The notes beneath the pieces were generated by a model. That model made no database searches. It was not told the DNA's origin and worked only from the letters and a program-made list of their open reading frames with translations. Positions 17,746 to 26,937 of a DNA stretch of 64,000 nt are shown here, piece after piece. The DNA is from Candidatus Limnocylindrales bacterium (GTDB lineage Bacteria > Moduliflexota > Moduliflexia > Moduliflexales > JAUQPW01). Where the stretch lies: contig DATMBG010000022.1 of NCBI GenBank assembly GCA_035559535.1, forward strand, positions 62,001 through 126,000, read 5' to 3'. The translations under genes and the position numbers were made by a program. Numbering within the stretch: position 1 is the stretch's first letter; the number at the start of each line of letters is the position of its first letter.

Positions 17746-20580
17746 ATGAATCAATTATGGAATGCACCACCGCCGGAGAAGTGGGATAATTGGATAGAGT
17801 ATGATGCTACCCGGTGGCCAAAGAAAGTTCAAAAGAATTACATGCTTATTCCAACGGCTTGTTTTAATTGTGAAGCGGCGTGTGGTCTTTTAGCTTATGT
17901 CGATAAAGAAACCCTGCAGATCACCAAATTGGAAGGGAATCCTCTCCATCCTGCCAGCCGGGGTCGAACCTGTGCCAAGGGACCGGCTACCATCGATCAA
18001 ATCCGTGATCCTGAAAGAATTCTCTATCCCCTTAAACGGGTGGGTAAGCGTGGAGAAGGAAAGTGGGAGCGGACAACCTGGCATGAGGTTTTAGAGGTTT
18101 TTGCCACGCGAATTCGAAGGGCTCTTCAGGAAGGTCGTCGCCATGAAATCATGTACCATGTGGGGCGTCCAGGCCATGATGGGTATATGGATCGTATTTT
18201 GCAAGCCTGGGGAATAGATGGGCATAACAGCCATACCAATGTTTGTTCGGCCAGTGCCCGGACCGGCTATGCCCTCTGGCATGGCATGGATCGACCGTCT
18301 CCCGACCACGCCCATGCCAAATTTATCCTGCTCCTCAGTTCCCATCTGGAAACAGGCCACTATTTCAACCCCCATGCCCAACGGATCATCGAGGGAAAAA
18401 TGCGAGGAGCCAAACTGGCCGTCATCGATACCCGCCTTTCCAATACGGCTTCCATGGCCGACTATTGGCTGGCTCCCTGGCCCGGAACGGAAGCAGTCAT
18501 CCTGCTGGCCATGGCTAACATCCTTTTACAAGAAGAACTTTATGACCGGGAATTTTTACGTCGTTGGACAAATTGGCAGGAATATATGCTGGACCTGGAG
18601 AATGACAGTATGGAAGTACAGGAGTATGGGAGTCGGAGAGCATCTCCTACCTCTTCACCCTCCCATCCTCCCACCTCTCGGACTACAAACAAAGAGGTAA
18701 CCTTCGAGAATTTCTTGAATAAGCTCAAAGAAATTTATGCTGTTTACACCCCTGAGTTTGCCGAACAAGAAAGCAAGGTTTCTGCTCAATTGATCGTCCA
18801 GGTCGCCCGAGAGATAGGAAAAGCCGGATCGGCTTTCTCTACCCATATATGGCGCAATGCGGCAGCAGGCAATCTGGGTGGCTGGCAGGTTGCCAGGGCT
18901 TTAGAATTCCTCAACGTTTTAACCGGAAGCGTGGGAACCCCAGGAGGAACCTCCCCTAACACGTGGGATAAATTTGTCCCAACACCCTTTATCAAACCTC
19001 CACCCCAGAAAATCTGGAACGAGCTTCTCTGGCCCAAAGAATATCCCCTGGCCCATCATGAGTTGAGCTTCCTGCTTCCCCACTTTTTAAAGGAAGGGCG
19101 TGGGAAGTTAAGTGTTTACTTTACCCGGGTCTACAATCCAGTCTGGACCAATCCCGATGGATTTAGCTGGATAGAGGTTCTGTGCGATGAGAGTAAGATC
19201 GAACTCCATGCTGCTTTAACTCCCGTTTGGAATGAAACGGCTTGGTTTGCAGACTATATACTTCCCATGGGAGTTGGGGCAGAGCGACACGATATCCAAA
19301 GCCAGGAGACCCATGCAGCTAAATGGATCAGTTTTCGGCAGCCTGTTCTTCGAGTCGCCCGGGAAAAACTGGGCCAAAGAATAGAATATACCTATCAGGC
19401 CAACCCAGGTGAGGTATGGGAAGAAGACGAGTTCTGGATCGAGCTTTCCTGGCGTATAGACCCGGACGGAAGTCTGGGAATCCGGCCCTACTTTGAATCT
19501 CCCTATCGACCCGGGCAAAAAGTAACCGTGGAAGAATACTACCGCTGGATTTTTGAAAATAGCGTACCCGGTTTACCGGAAAAAGCCCGAACCGAAGGAC
19601 TTACGCCCCTGGAATATATGCGGAAGTACGGCACGTTCCTCGTTGAAGATAAGGTCTATAAAGCCCATGAAAAGGAATTGAAACCCCGGGAATTAGGGGT
19701 GGTTTCCATAGATACTAAAACCGGAGTTATCACCCGAGCCGGACAACCTATCGGAGTTGAAATTGATGGGAAAGCCTACGTAGGCTTTCCCACACCTTCC
19801 CGAAAATTGGAGTTTTATTCCAAAACCCTAAAACAGTGGAAATGGCCGGAATATGCGATCCCCGGTTATATTAGAAGCCATGTACACTGGAGCCACATAG
19901 ACCCCAGTAAAGGGGAATACGTTCTAATCCCTACCTTTCGATTACCGACTTTGATCCATACCCGATCGGGCAATGCCAAATCCCTTTACGAAATCTCCCA
20001 TACCAACCCTGTTTGGATTCATCCTGAAGATGCACAACGGTTAGGGGTAAAAACAGGTGACCTGATTAAAGTGATTACCGAGATTGGATATTTCGTTAAT
20101 AAAGTCTGGATCACCGAAGGCATTCGCCCCGGAGTGATTGCCTGTTCCCATCACCTGGGACGATGGCGATTGAAGCCCGATCTGGGAGGCGAGCGCTGGT
20201 CTACAGCCCTGGTTAGCTTGGAAAGCGAACCCGGTGGAAAGTGGCGTATGCGGCAATTGGAGGGAATTCGCCCCTTTAAAAGTGATGATCCAGACTCTGA
20301 ACGGATCTGGTGGAACGATGCCGGAGTCCATCAAAACCTGACCTTTCCCGTTCATCCTGATCCTGTCAGTGGACAACACTGCTGGCATCAGAAGGTTAAA
20401 GTAGAAAAAGCCGGACCTGACGACCGCTACGGAGATATCTTTGTAGATACTCAAAAAGCCTTCCAGGTTTACCAGGAATGGCTCAAGCAGACACGTCCGG
20501 CTCCAGGACCCAATGGCCTGCGAAGACCTCTCTGGCTGACCCGAGCAGTTAAGCCAGATCCCGAAGCGTATAAGTTTTAG
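17746..20580 (+). CDS. Mo/W-bisPGD oxidoreductase catalytic subunit (DMSO reductase superfamily, PsrA/PhsA-like)
   Basis: CFNCEAAC...CAKG FeS motif, DPERILYPLKR, HTNVCS, ETAWFADYILP, C-terminal VWIHPEDAQRLG. Confidence 0.9.
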   Translation: MNQLWNAPPPEKWDNWIEYDATRWPKKVQKNYMLIPTACFNCEAACGLLAYVDKETLQITKLEGNPLHPASRGRTCAKGPATIDQIRDPERILYPLKRVGKRGEGKWERTTWHEVLEVFATRIRRALQEGRRHEIMYHVGRPGHDGYMDRILQAWGIDGHNSHTNVCSASARTGYALWHGMDRPSPDHAHAKFILLLSSHLETGHYFNPHAQRIIEGKMRGAKLAVIDTRLSNTASMADYWLAPWPGTEAVILLAMANILLQEELYDREFLRRWTNWQEYMLDLENDSMEVQEYGSRRASPTSSPSHPPTSRTTNKEVTFENFLNKLKEIYAVYTPEFAEQESKVSAQLIVQVAREIGKAGSAFSTHIWRNAAAGNLGGWQVARALEFLNVLTGSVGTPGGTSPNTWDKFVPTPFIKPPPQKIWNELLWPKEYPLAHHELSFLLPHFLKEGRGKLSVYFTRVYNPVWTNPDGFSWIEVLCDESKIELHAALTPVWNETAWFADYILPMGVGAERHDIQSQETHAAKWISFRQPVLRVAREKLGQRIEYTYQANPGEVWEEDEFWIELSWRIDPDGSLGIRPYFESPYRPGQKVTVEEYYRWIFENSVPGLPEKARTEGLTPLEYMRKYGTFLVEDKVYKAHEKELKPRELGVVSIDTKTGVITRAGQPIGVEIDGKAYVGFPTPSRKLEFYSKTLKQWKWPEYAIPGYIRSHVHWSHIDPSKGEYVLIPTFRLPTLIHTRSGNAKSLYEISHTNPVWIHPEDAQRLGVKTGDLIKVITEIGYFVNKVWITEGIRPGVIACSHHLGRWRLKPDLGGERWSTALVSLESEPGGKWRMRQLEGIRPFKSDDPDSERIWWNDAGVHQNLTFPVHPDPVSGQHCWHQKVKVEKAGPDDRYGDIFVDTQKAFQVYQEWLKQTRPAPGPNGLRRPLWLTRAVKPDPEAYKF
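18607..18680. repeat. Degenerate octamer palindromic array in frame inside the oxidoreductase CDS
   Basis: agtatggaagtacaggagtatgggagt...ctcctacctcttcaccctcccatcctccc, translated MEVQEYGSRRASPTSSPSHPP. Confidence 0.65.
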
Positions 20581-20586
20581 ATAGGA

Positions 20587-20829
20587 ATGACAGAATTAGC
20601 AGGATTTAGAAAACAAAAAACCTTACCAATCCTGTTAGATGTTGAAGAAAAAGTCTTTCAATGGCTCAGCTCCGGAATTCAGATGGTTATTGTAATCAAT
20701 CCACGCAAACGTACCGTAGTTGTTTATTACTCCGATAGCCGTGTCATATATTTGACTGAACAAAATATACTGGAGGGTGGAAAGGTAGTGCCGGGATGGA
20801 GGATCCCGGTTAGGGATTTATTCGTATGA
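20587..20829 (+). pseudogene. Uma2 (DUF820) family endonuclease, C-terminal fragment only
   Basis: EEKVFQWLSSG..MVIVINPRKRTVVVY...LEGGKVVPGWRIPVRDLF; N-terminal PD-(D/E)xK part absent. Confidence 0.65.
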
Positions 20830-20835
20830 AGGTTT

Positions 20836-22197
20836 ATGAAACTTCTCTTTGATAAAGGTACCCTGATTTTAAAGGAGGTACCGGCTTCTCTGCCTATTCC
20901 TCCAGAGTTTATCTTCGATAACCGCGTTGACAAATACCGCACCCAGGGTTATCGGTACCGTTGGGTTGTAGAATATTTTAAGAAAAACCGAATATCTTTT
21001 GAAGACTGGGTCCCGGCCTATCAAAAACTTCAACTCACCCGTCGACTCCAGTTTGATCCCCATCCTTTTCAGCGAGAAGCTATCGAGGCCTGGAAGGCAA
21101 ACAAATTTTTAGGTATTATTGAACTTCCTACGGGAGCCGGGAAGAGTTATGTGGCACAAATGGCTATCGAACTGACGCAACGAAGTACCTTAGTCGTAGT
21201 ACCGACCCTGGATTTAATGAACCAATGGTACGATCTCCTGGGTGCTGCTTTTGGAGGTAATCAGGTTGGTCTTCTGGGAGGAGGATACTACGAACTGAAT
21301 TCTTTAACAGTTACCACCTATGACAGTGCCACCAATCATATGGAACGCATGGGTCACCGCTGGGGGCTTATCATCTTCGACGAGTGCCATCACCTTCCTG
21401 GACCCATGTATGCCCATGCAGCAGAGATGTGTATAGCCCCCTACCGATTGGCCCTGACGGCAACCCTGGAACGGGCAGACGGCCGGCATGTCCTCCTGGA
21501 GGATCTGGTAGGACCGGTCGTTTACAGAAAGGGAATTAAAGATCTGGCCGGAGCATATCTGTCCGATTACGAGGTAAAAAAGATCACGGTACACCTTTCC
21601 TCAGAAGAACAGGTCGAGTACACTACGGCCCGAAAGGAAATTGACAGTTTCGTTCGGGAACACGGTTTGTCCTTATCCAGTATCGAAGGATGGAAACAAT
21701 TTATCATTCACAGCTCTCGGACTCCGGAGGGCCGTCGCGCCATGCTGGCCTATCAAACCTCCAGGAAAATTTCCATGGGGACCTCTTCCAAGCTCAGGGC
21801 TCTGGAATCTCTTTTAAAACAACACGCCAGGGATCGGGTGATTATTTTCACGGCAGATAACGAAACGGTTTATACCATCAGTCAGACTTTTCTTATCCCG
21901 GCCATTACCCATCAAACGGATACGAAGGAGCGAAAAGCCATCCTGGAAGCTTTCAACCGGGGAGATTACTCCGTTCTGGTTACTTCTAAAGTACTCAACG
22001 AGGGAGTTAATGTGCCAGAAGCTAATGTAGCCATCATCCTTTCTGGATCTGGAAGTGTTCGGGAACACGTACAGCGGCTGGGTCGGATTTTAAGGCGCCG
22101 AGAAGGAAAACATGCAACCCTTTACGAAGTGGTCACGAAGGGAACCGTGGAAGAACGTATCAGTCAACGCCGGAGTAAACATGATGCCTATCAATAA
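20836..22197 (+). CDS. XPB/Rad25-like superfamily 2 helicase
   Basis: LPTGAGKS, IFDECHHL, LTAT, NEGVNVP, QRLGRILR. Confidence 0.9.
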   Translation: MKLLFDKGTLILKEVPASLPIPPEFIFDNRVDKYRTQGYRYRWVVEYFKKNRISFEDWVPAYQKLQLTRRLQFDPHPFQREAIEAWKANKFLGIIELPTGAGKSYVAQMAIELTQRSTLVVVPTLDLMNQWYDLLGAAFGGNQVGLLGGGYYELNSLTVTTYDSATNHMERMGHRWGLIIFDECHHLPGPMYAHAAEMCIAPYRLALTATLERADGRHVLLEDLVGPVVYRKGIKDLAGAYLSDYEVKKITVHLSSEEQVEYTTARKEIDSFVREHGLSLSSIEGWKQFIIHSSRTPEGRRAMLAYQTSRKISMGTSSKLRALESLLKQHARDRVIIFTADNETVYTISQTFLIPAITHQTDTKERKAILEAFNRGDYSVLVTSKVLNEGVNVPEANVAIILSGSGSVREHVQRLGRILRRREGKHATLYEVVTKGTVEERISQRRSKHDAYQ

Positions 22198-22198
22198 A

Positions 22199-22317
22199 GT
22201 ATAGGGGTGTGGAAGTGTGGGGGTGTGGAGGTATAGGGGTGTGGGGGTATGGGAGTATGGGAGTATGGGGGTAGGGAAGTATATCCTCCCGCACTTCTAC
22301 ACCCCTATACTTTATAC
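22199..22317. repeat. Palindromic octamer tandem array
   Basis: Starts right after the helicase stop; same unit family. Confidence 0.85.
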
Positions 22318-22391
22318 ACTCTTCGTGAATAAACCAAATCAATAACTTACGAAAAATGCAAGGGGGAAATTCCACATCTTACATCGGGTCT

Positions 22392-22721
22392 TCACCCTCT
22401 CGGCCCATACATCATTACCAATACCCCCACGAGGGCTATGCAACCTCCCATAATATCGAACTTGTCTGGAACTATCCGATCCACCCGCCATCCCCAAAGA
22501 ATAGAAAGAACAATAAAAACACCTCCATAAGCCGCATACACGCGACCAAAGTTTGCAGGTTGCAAGGTTGGGATGATACCGTAAAGAAATAAAACCAAGG
22601 CCCCTATACCCGCAAACCAGGGACTCTTACCCTCTCGCAACCAAAGCCAGACCAGATAGCCCCCTCCTATTTCACACAAGCCCGCAATTACAAAGTATAG
22701 CAGAGATTTAATGATGTGCAT
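22392..22721 (-). CDS. ynfA: YnfA/UPF0060 small membrane protein
   Basis: [18 protein letters not shown]...[13 protein letters not shown]...PDKFD. Confidence 0.92.
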   Translation of the reverse strand: MHIIKSLLYFVIAGLCEIGGGYLVWLWLREGKSPWFAGIGALVLFLYGIIPTLQPANFGRVYAAYGGVFIVLSILWGWRVDRIVPDKFDIMGGCIALVGVLVMMYGPRG

Positions 22722-22769
22722 GGGTCATTTTGAAAGAACTCCCTTTCTCCCCAAGCTGACTTATACCCA

Positions 22770-22842
22770 ACAGTGGGACGCGGGGACACGGGAGACACGA
22801 GGACGCGGAGACAAGATTCCCCGTGTCCCCACGTCCCACTGT
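22770..22842. repeat. Palindromic nonamer (GGGGACACG-type) array
   Basis: 23-bp arms 22770-22792 and 22820-22842 with one mismatch; related array at 42981-43060. Confidence 0.75.
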
Positions 22843-22878
22843 CTGGATCGAATGGGTATTCCAACGCTACCTTCTGTT

Positions 22879-23271
22879 CTAAGATGAGATCTCCCGCCTG
22901 TTTTCTTCTATCTCGGAATCCAATGAAAAGACAGGTGGAAACTGAAGGGGGAAGAAATTTTCATCTATAAATGAAGTGGCCCAGTGATGAATTCGAAGGG
23001 CTCCCAGTTCCCATCCATAATCCTTGTATTGAGTTTGAAGAAGGAGATCTCTTTCAGCCTTTTCTAAGTAGAAGATCGAGGGTGGAATGGCTTTATAATC
23101 CGTCCATATTTTAGACGGTAGAAATTCGTAGGTTTTCTCTTGTTTATTGATAAGAAGTCGTCCAATTTGTTCCCATTCTCCCAGGGGATTAAAGTCGAAG
23201 GATTGGACAATATATTCTACCAGGATATCCTCATTTCTCACTTGAGTCAGCTTAACATGACTAATACCCAT
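22879..23271 (-). CDS. Hypothetical protein
   Basis: 130-aa ORF with upstream aggag; no recognised motif. Confidence 0.55.
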   Translation of the reverse strand: MGISHVKLTQVRNEDILVEYIVQSFDFNPLGEWEQIGRLLINKQEKTYEFLPSKIWTDYKAIPPSIFYLEKAERDLLLQTQYKDYGWELGALRIHHWATSFIDENFFPLQFPPVFSLDSEIEENRREISS

Positions 23272-23366
23272 CCACTTGGCTCCTACAAGGTTATAAAGAT
23301 TTAAAGGTTTTTACCACTACGTACTATCTAAGATAGCTGCAATTTTCATACTCATCCTCCTATTTT

Positions 23367-25055
23367 TTATTTTTCATAGCGAAGGGTTTGATCGGTGGGA
23401 ACCGTACCTATTTCTCTCCGACTATCAGGACTGACTGCCTGGGGATCGGTTTTTACGTTGATACAAGAGGGAAGTCCGGAGGAAAAGGCTTTTTCTAAGG
23501 CAGGTCTTAGCTCTTCCGGTTTTTCCACATAAATTCCGAAACCTCCCAGCGCTTTGACCATTTCTTCGTAGCGAGAATATCGTAAATCAGTTGCAATGGT
23601 CCTTTTAAACTCTACCTGCTGATTATACTTTTCGATGGCCCAGGAGGCATTGTTGCTGATTACCACAACAATGGGAAGATTATGTCGTATTGCCGTATCC
23701 ATCTCCATGGCATGAAATCCAAAGGAACCATCTCCAACCAAAAGGAGGACTTGTTGATGGGGTCGGGCCAGCTTAGCAGCCAGGGCAAAGGGTAGCCCTT
23801 GACCCAAACAACCAAATGTTCCAGCATCCAGCCAGTGTCTGGGTTCATAACTTTCCAAACTGATGCGGGCAAAGGAAAGGATATCTCCCCCATCTACCAC
23901 AAGGGTAGCGTCTCGACTCACAAAATCTCGGATCTCTTTACATAATCGAAGGGGATGAATAGGAACTGCAGAACTATTCAGTGTGGCTTCTAGACTTTGT
24001 CGAGCGACCCGATCTTTTTCCCGAAGAGCTTCAATCCAGGTGGTAAAGGCCTCTCGGGAAGTTAACGACTTTCCCTCCAGGGCTTGAAGGAGTTGTTTAA
24101 GTACTGCCCGAGCGTCTCCCACGATCCCTACGTCTATATCCCGGTTATAGCCTATTTGTTGAGGATCAATATCTACCTGGATAACTTTGGCTTTTTCATT
24201 AAAACGGGGCGGACGCCCGTAAGCCAGAACATAGTTAAATCGGGCTCCGATTACCAAAATAACGTCAGCATTTTTCAGTGCGAAGGATCGTGCTGCCGGA
24301 AAGTACAGCGGATGACCTGCTGGTATGAGACCCCGCCCATTATGGGTGAGCCACACGGGAATTCGGAGTGCTTCCACAAAATCCCGGAGTTCCTGGGTGG
24401 CCTGGGACCTCCAGACTCCCTGGCCTGCCACCAGAAGCGGTTGTTGAGCTTCGAATAAAAGTTTTACGGCTTTTTCTATGGCTGAGGGGTCTCCTTGAAC
24501 CCTCGCTTCCGGCCTGTAGTGGGCAGGAAACCAGACGTTTCCCGGTTTGACCCGATTTCGTAAGATGTCTGCCGGGATATCTAGAAAAACCGGACCAGGT
24601 CTTCCGGTAACGGCAATGCGAATCGCCCGGGTTATAAATTCAGGAATACGTTCTGTCTCCAGGATCGATTCAGACCACTTGGTAATGGGCCTCATGAAAG
24701 CTACTTGATCCATTTCATGGAACCCTCCCATCCCGAATTGCTTCAGGGGCGGGCGCCCTGCCAAGAGAACAACCGGATTACCCGAAGACCAGGCATTGGC
24801 TATCCCGGTCGCTGCATTGGTAACCCCCGGACCCGCCGTAACCGTTGCAAAACCTATTTCACCTGTAGCCCAGGACCAGCCATGGGCCATATGGATGGCG
24901 GCCTCTTCGTGCCGGGTATCGATCACTCTGACCCCTTCGTCGATACAGGCATCCAGAATAGGACCAATGTGCCCACCATTTAAGGTAAAAAGATATCGAA
25001 CCCCTTCTTTCTTGAGGGTTTTGGCCACTAAAACACCACCATGGATCTCACTCAT
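23367..25055 (-). CDS. Thiamine-diphosphate-dependent enzyme (acetolactate synthase-like / 2-hydroxyacyl-CoA lyase group)
   Basis: TLNGGHI, DTRHEEAA, TAGPGVTN, ThDP motif GDGSFGF...NNASW. Confidence 0.9.
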   Translation of the reverse strand: MSEIHGGVLVAKTLKKEGVRYLFTLNGGHIGPILDACIDEGVRVIDTRHEEAAIHMAHGWSWATGEIGFATVTAGPGVTNAATGIANAWSSGNPVVLLAGRPPLKQFGMGGFHEMDQVAFMRPITKWSESILETERIPEFITRAIRIAVTGRPGPVFLDIPADILRNRVKPGNVWFPAHYRPEARVQGDPSAIEKAVKLLFEAQQPLLVAGQGVWRSQATQELRDFVEALRIPVWLTHNGRGLIPAGHPLYFPAARSFALKNADVILVIGARFNYVLAYGRPPRFNEKAKVIQVDIDPQQIGYNRDIDVGIVGDARAVLKQLLQALEGKSLTSREAFTTWIEALREKDRVARQSLEATLNSSAVPIHPLRLCKEIRDFVSRDATLVVDGGDILSFARISLESYEPRHWLDAGTFGCLGQGLPFALAAKLARPHQQVLLLVGDGSFGFHAMEMDTAIRHNLPIVVVISNNASWAIEKYNQQVEFKRTIATDLRYSRYEEMVKALGGFGIYVEKPEELRPALEKAFSSGLPSCINVKTDPQAVSPDSRREIGTVPTDQTLRYEK

Positions 25056-25072
25056 CTTGAAAAAGGATCATC

Positions 25073-25161
25073 TAGCCACTCAGGCATTCTAATACACACA
25101 GGGCCTAATGAAAAAATTACCCTTTCCTACTCCCCTGTTTCTTAGAATGCCCGGGTAGCTA
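25073..25161. repeat. Long imperfect inverted repeat
   Basis: 20-bp arms tagccactcaggcattctaa / ttagaatgcccgggtagcta. Confidence 0.55.
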
Positions 25162-25166
25162 AACTG

Positions 25167-25529
25167 TTAAAAAGCGTTTTGAATATGGTCTATGCGAGGC
25201 TTCTTGCTTTTTGAATCGGGCAGGTAAATCCCGATCACATCGAATCGAAACTGGGTATTTACCAGGTTATTCTGACTGATATAGTATAAAGCTACCTTTT
25301 TAACTTGCTGCTGTTTAGGATAGGTCACCGAATTGTAAGCTGGACCCAAAGCTTCGGATTTTCGTGTTCTTACCTCTATAAAGACAATGACCTTTCGGTC
25401 CTCTGCAATGATATCGATCTCTCCGAGTTTACATCGGAAATTGATGGCTCGAATCTGATACCCCAACCCTTCAAGATATTGGAGGGCCATCCCTTCTCCT
25501 ATTTTTCCCAAACTTTTTGGGTTATCCAT
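25167..25529 (-). CDS. yraN: YraN/UPF0102 family protein
   Basis: LGKIGE..A..YL, NFRCKLGEIDII, FIEVRTR, RFDVIGI, HIQNAF. Confidence 0.93.
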   Translation of the reverse strand: MDNPKSLGKIGEGMALQYLEGLGYQIRAINFRCKLGEIDIIAEDRKVIVFIEVRTRKSEALGPAYNSVTYPKQQQVKKVALYYISQNNLVNTQFRFDVIGIYLPDSKSKKPRIDHIQNAF

Positions 25530-25733
25530 GTTTTATTCCTGCTCCCTTCACCCTCTAGCGCCAGGATAAGAAGGTTAGCCCCGGTGGGGCGACCGGTTGA
25601 TAGCTTTTAGAAATTCTTGATGTTCATTACGATAATCTTTTCATCTTGTAGTATACCTTCGGGGTTTTTGTCAAATAGAATCGTAAGGGTTCTTCTTGAC
25701 ATGTTGTTTAAGTATTCTTAGTATTTTATAGAT

Positions 25734-26786
25734 ATGGAAAACAGGATTCAAAAACCGGAACAAGCGGAGATTCCCTTTTTCGGAGGGAAGAAAAGATATC
25801 GGGCTTTCAGTGATCATCTGAAGGAACTGTTTGGGGAGAAGGTTTATCGGGTGACCCTGGATGCCGGATTTACCTGTCCGAACCGGGATGGATTATTGAC
25901 CTATGGCGGTTGTACTTTTTGCGATGAACGTGGTTCTGGGCCTCGAGCTTATGATGCAGCCGTAGCTATCCGTGAACAACTTCGACAGGGAATGGAAGCC
26001 ATGCGGCGCAGGTACAAAGCTCAAAAATTCATTGCTTATTTCCAGGCCTTTACCAATACTTACGCACCGCCCGAGGTTCTAGATAAGATTTACAGCCAGG
26101 TCATCGATCATGAAGATGTGGTAGGGCTTTCCGTGGGTACCCGACCGGATTGTGTTCCAGAGCCGGTTCTGGATGTCCTGGAGAAATATGCTGAACGACT
26201 GTACTTCTGGGTAGAGTATGGGATTCAATCGGCCCATTTTAAAACCTTAAAACTCATTAACCGGGCCCACGGTCTTTCGCACTTTATCGATGCTGTATTG
26301 AGAACCAAGAAACGTAAAGGCATTCGGATCTGTACCCATGTTATTTTGGGACTTCCCGGAGAGAACCGGGAGGAGATGATGGAAACGGCCAAAATTATTG
26401 CAGCCCTGGGTCTCGATGGCATCAAGATTCACCTCCTTCACATCCTCAAAGGAACGGCCATGGCCAAACAATACGCACGAGGTGAGCTACGGGTCCTGGA
26501 GTTAGAGGAGTATGTGGATCTTGTTTGTGAGTTTTTAGAGTATCTTCCGCCGCAAATGCTTATTCATCGCCTAACCGGCGAAGGCCCCCGGGATATTCAT
26601 ATAGCCCCCGATTGGGCCCTTGACAAAGCCAAGGTCCTTGCCCATATCAATCAGGAACTGGAACGTCGTCAGACGTACCAGGGAGCAAAATACGGCTTTT
26701 CGATTGATCTGCAACGGGTCCCTCCACCCTCCCCTTATCCTGCTACTTCCCCTGATAAATTCATTGACAGGGAACCGGGTTTATGA
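25734..26786 (+). CDS. Radical SAM protein, TIGR01212/YhcC family
   Basis: DAGFTCPNRDG....GGCTFC, YFQAFTNTY, GTRPDC, HVILGLPGE, HRLTG. Confidence 0.92.
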   Translation: MENRIQKPEQAEIPFFGGKKRYRAFSDHLKELFGEKVYRVTLDAGFTCPNRDGLLTYGGCTFCDERGSGPRAYDAAVAIREQLRQGMEAMRRRYKAQKFIAYFQAFTNTYAPPEVLDKIYSQVIDHEDVVGLSVGTRPDCVPEPVLDVLEKYAERLYFWVEYGIQSAHFKTLKLINRAHGLSHFIDAVLRTKKRKGIRICTHVILGLPGENREEMMETAKIIAALGLDGIKIHLLHILKGTAMAKQYARGELRVLELEEYVDLVCEFLEYLPPQMLIHRLTGEGPRDIHIAPDWALDKAKVLAHINQELERRQTYQGAKYGFSIDLQRVPPPSPYPATSPDKFIDREPGL

Positions 26787-26937
26787 TTAGGGTTTAGGGA
26801 GATAGAGAAGCAAAATCCAGAAGGTGAATTTTTAATCATTATCCAGAGGAACTTCAGACAGGATTAACAAGATCGGCAAGATACAAAGAACAGAAAAATC
26901 TTGTAAATTTTCGTTACTCCTGTTTCTATTTCAAGAA

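Noticed and set aside
15377-17789. Short ORFs reading GVWEYGS/PYSHTP (15377..15649, 17533..17754, 17574..17789; also 22160..22375 and 60757..60990)
   Set aside because: Translations of the octamer repeat arrays, not independent genes
20587-22197. Uma2 fragment plus helicase as an anti-phage defence system
   Set aside because: The nuclease lacks its catalytic half and the helicase is the XPB repair type; no methylase or other defence genes nearby
25056-25166. TPP riboswitch upstream of the ThDP enzyme
   Set aside because: Only a long inverted repeat is present; the conserved CUGAGA and AGCGUAGG-type elements are absent
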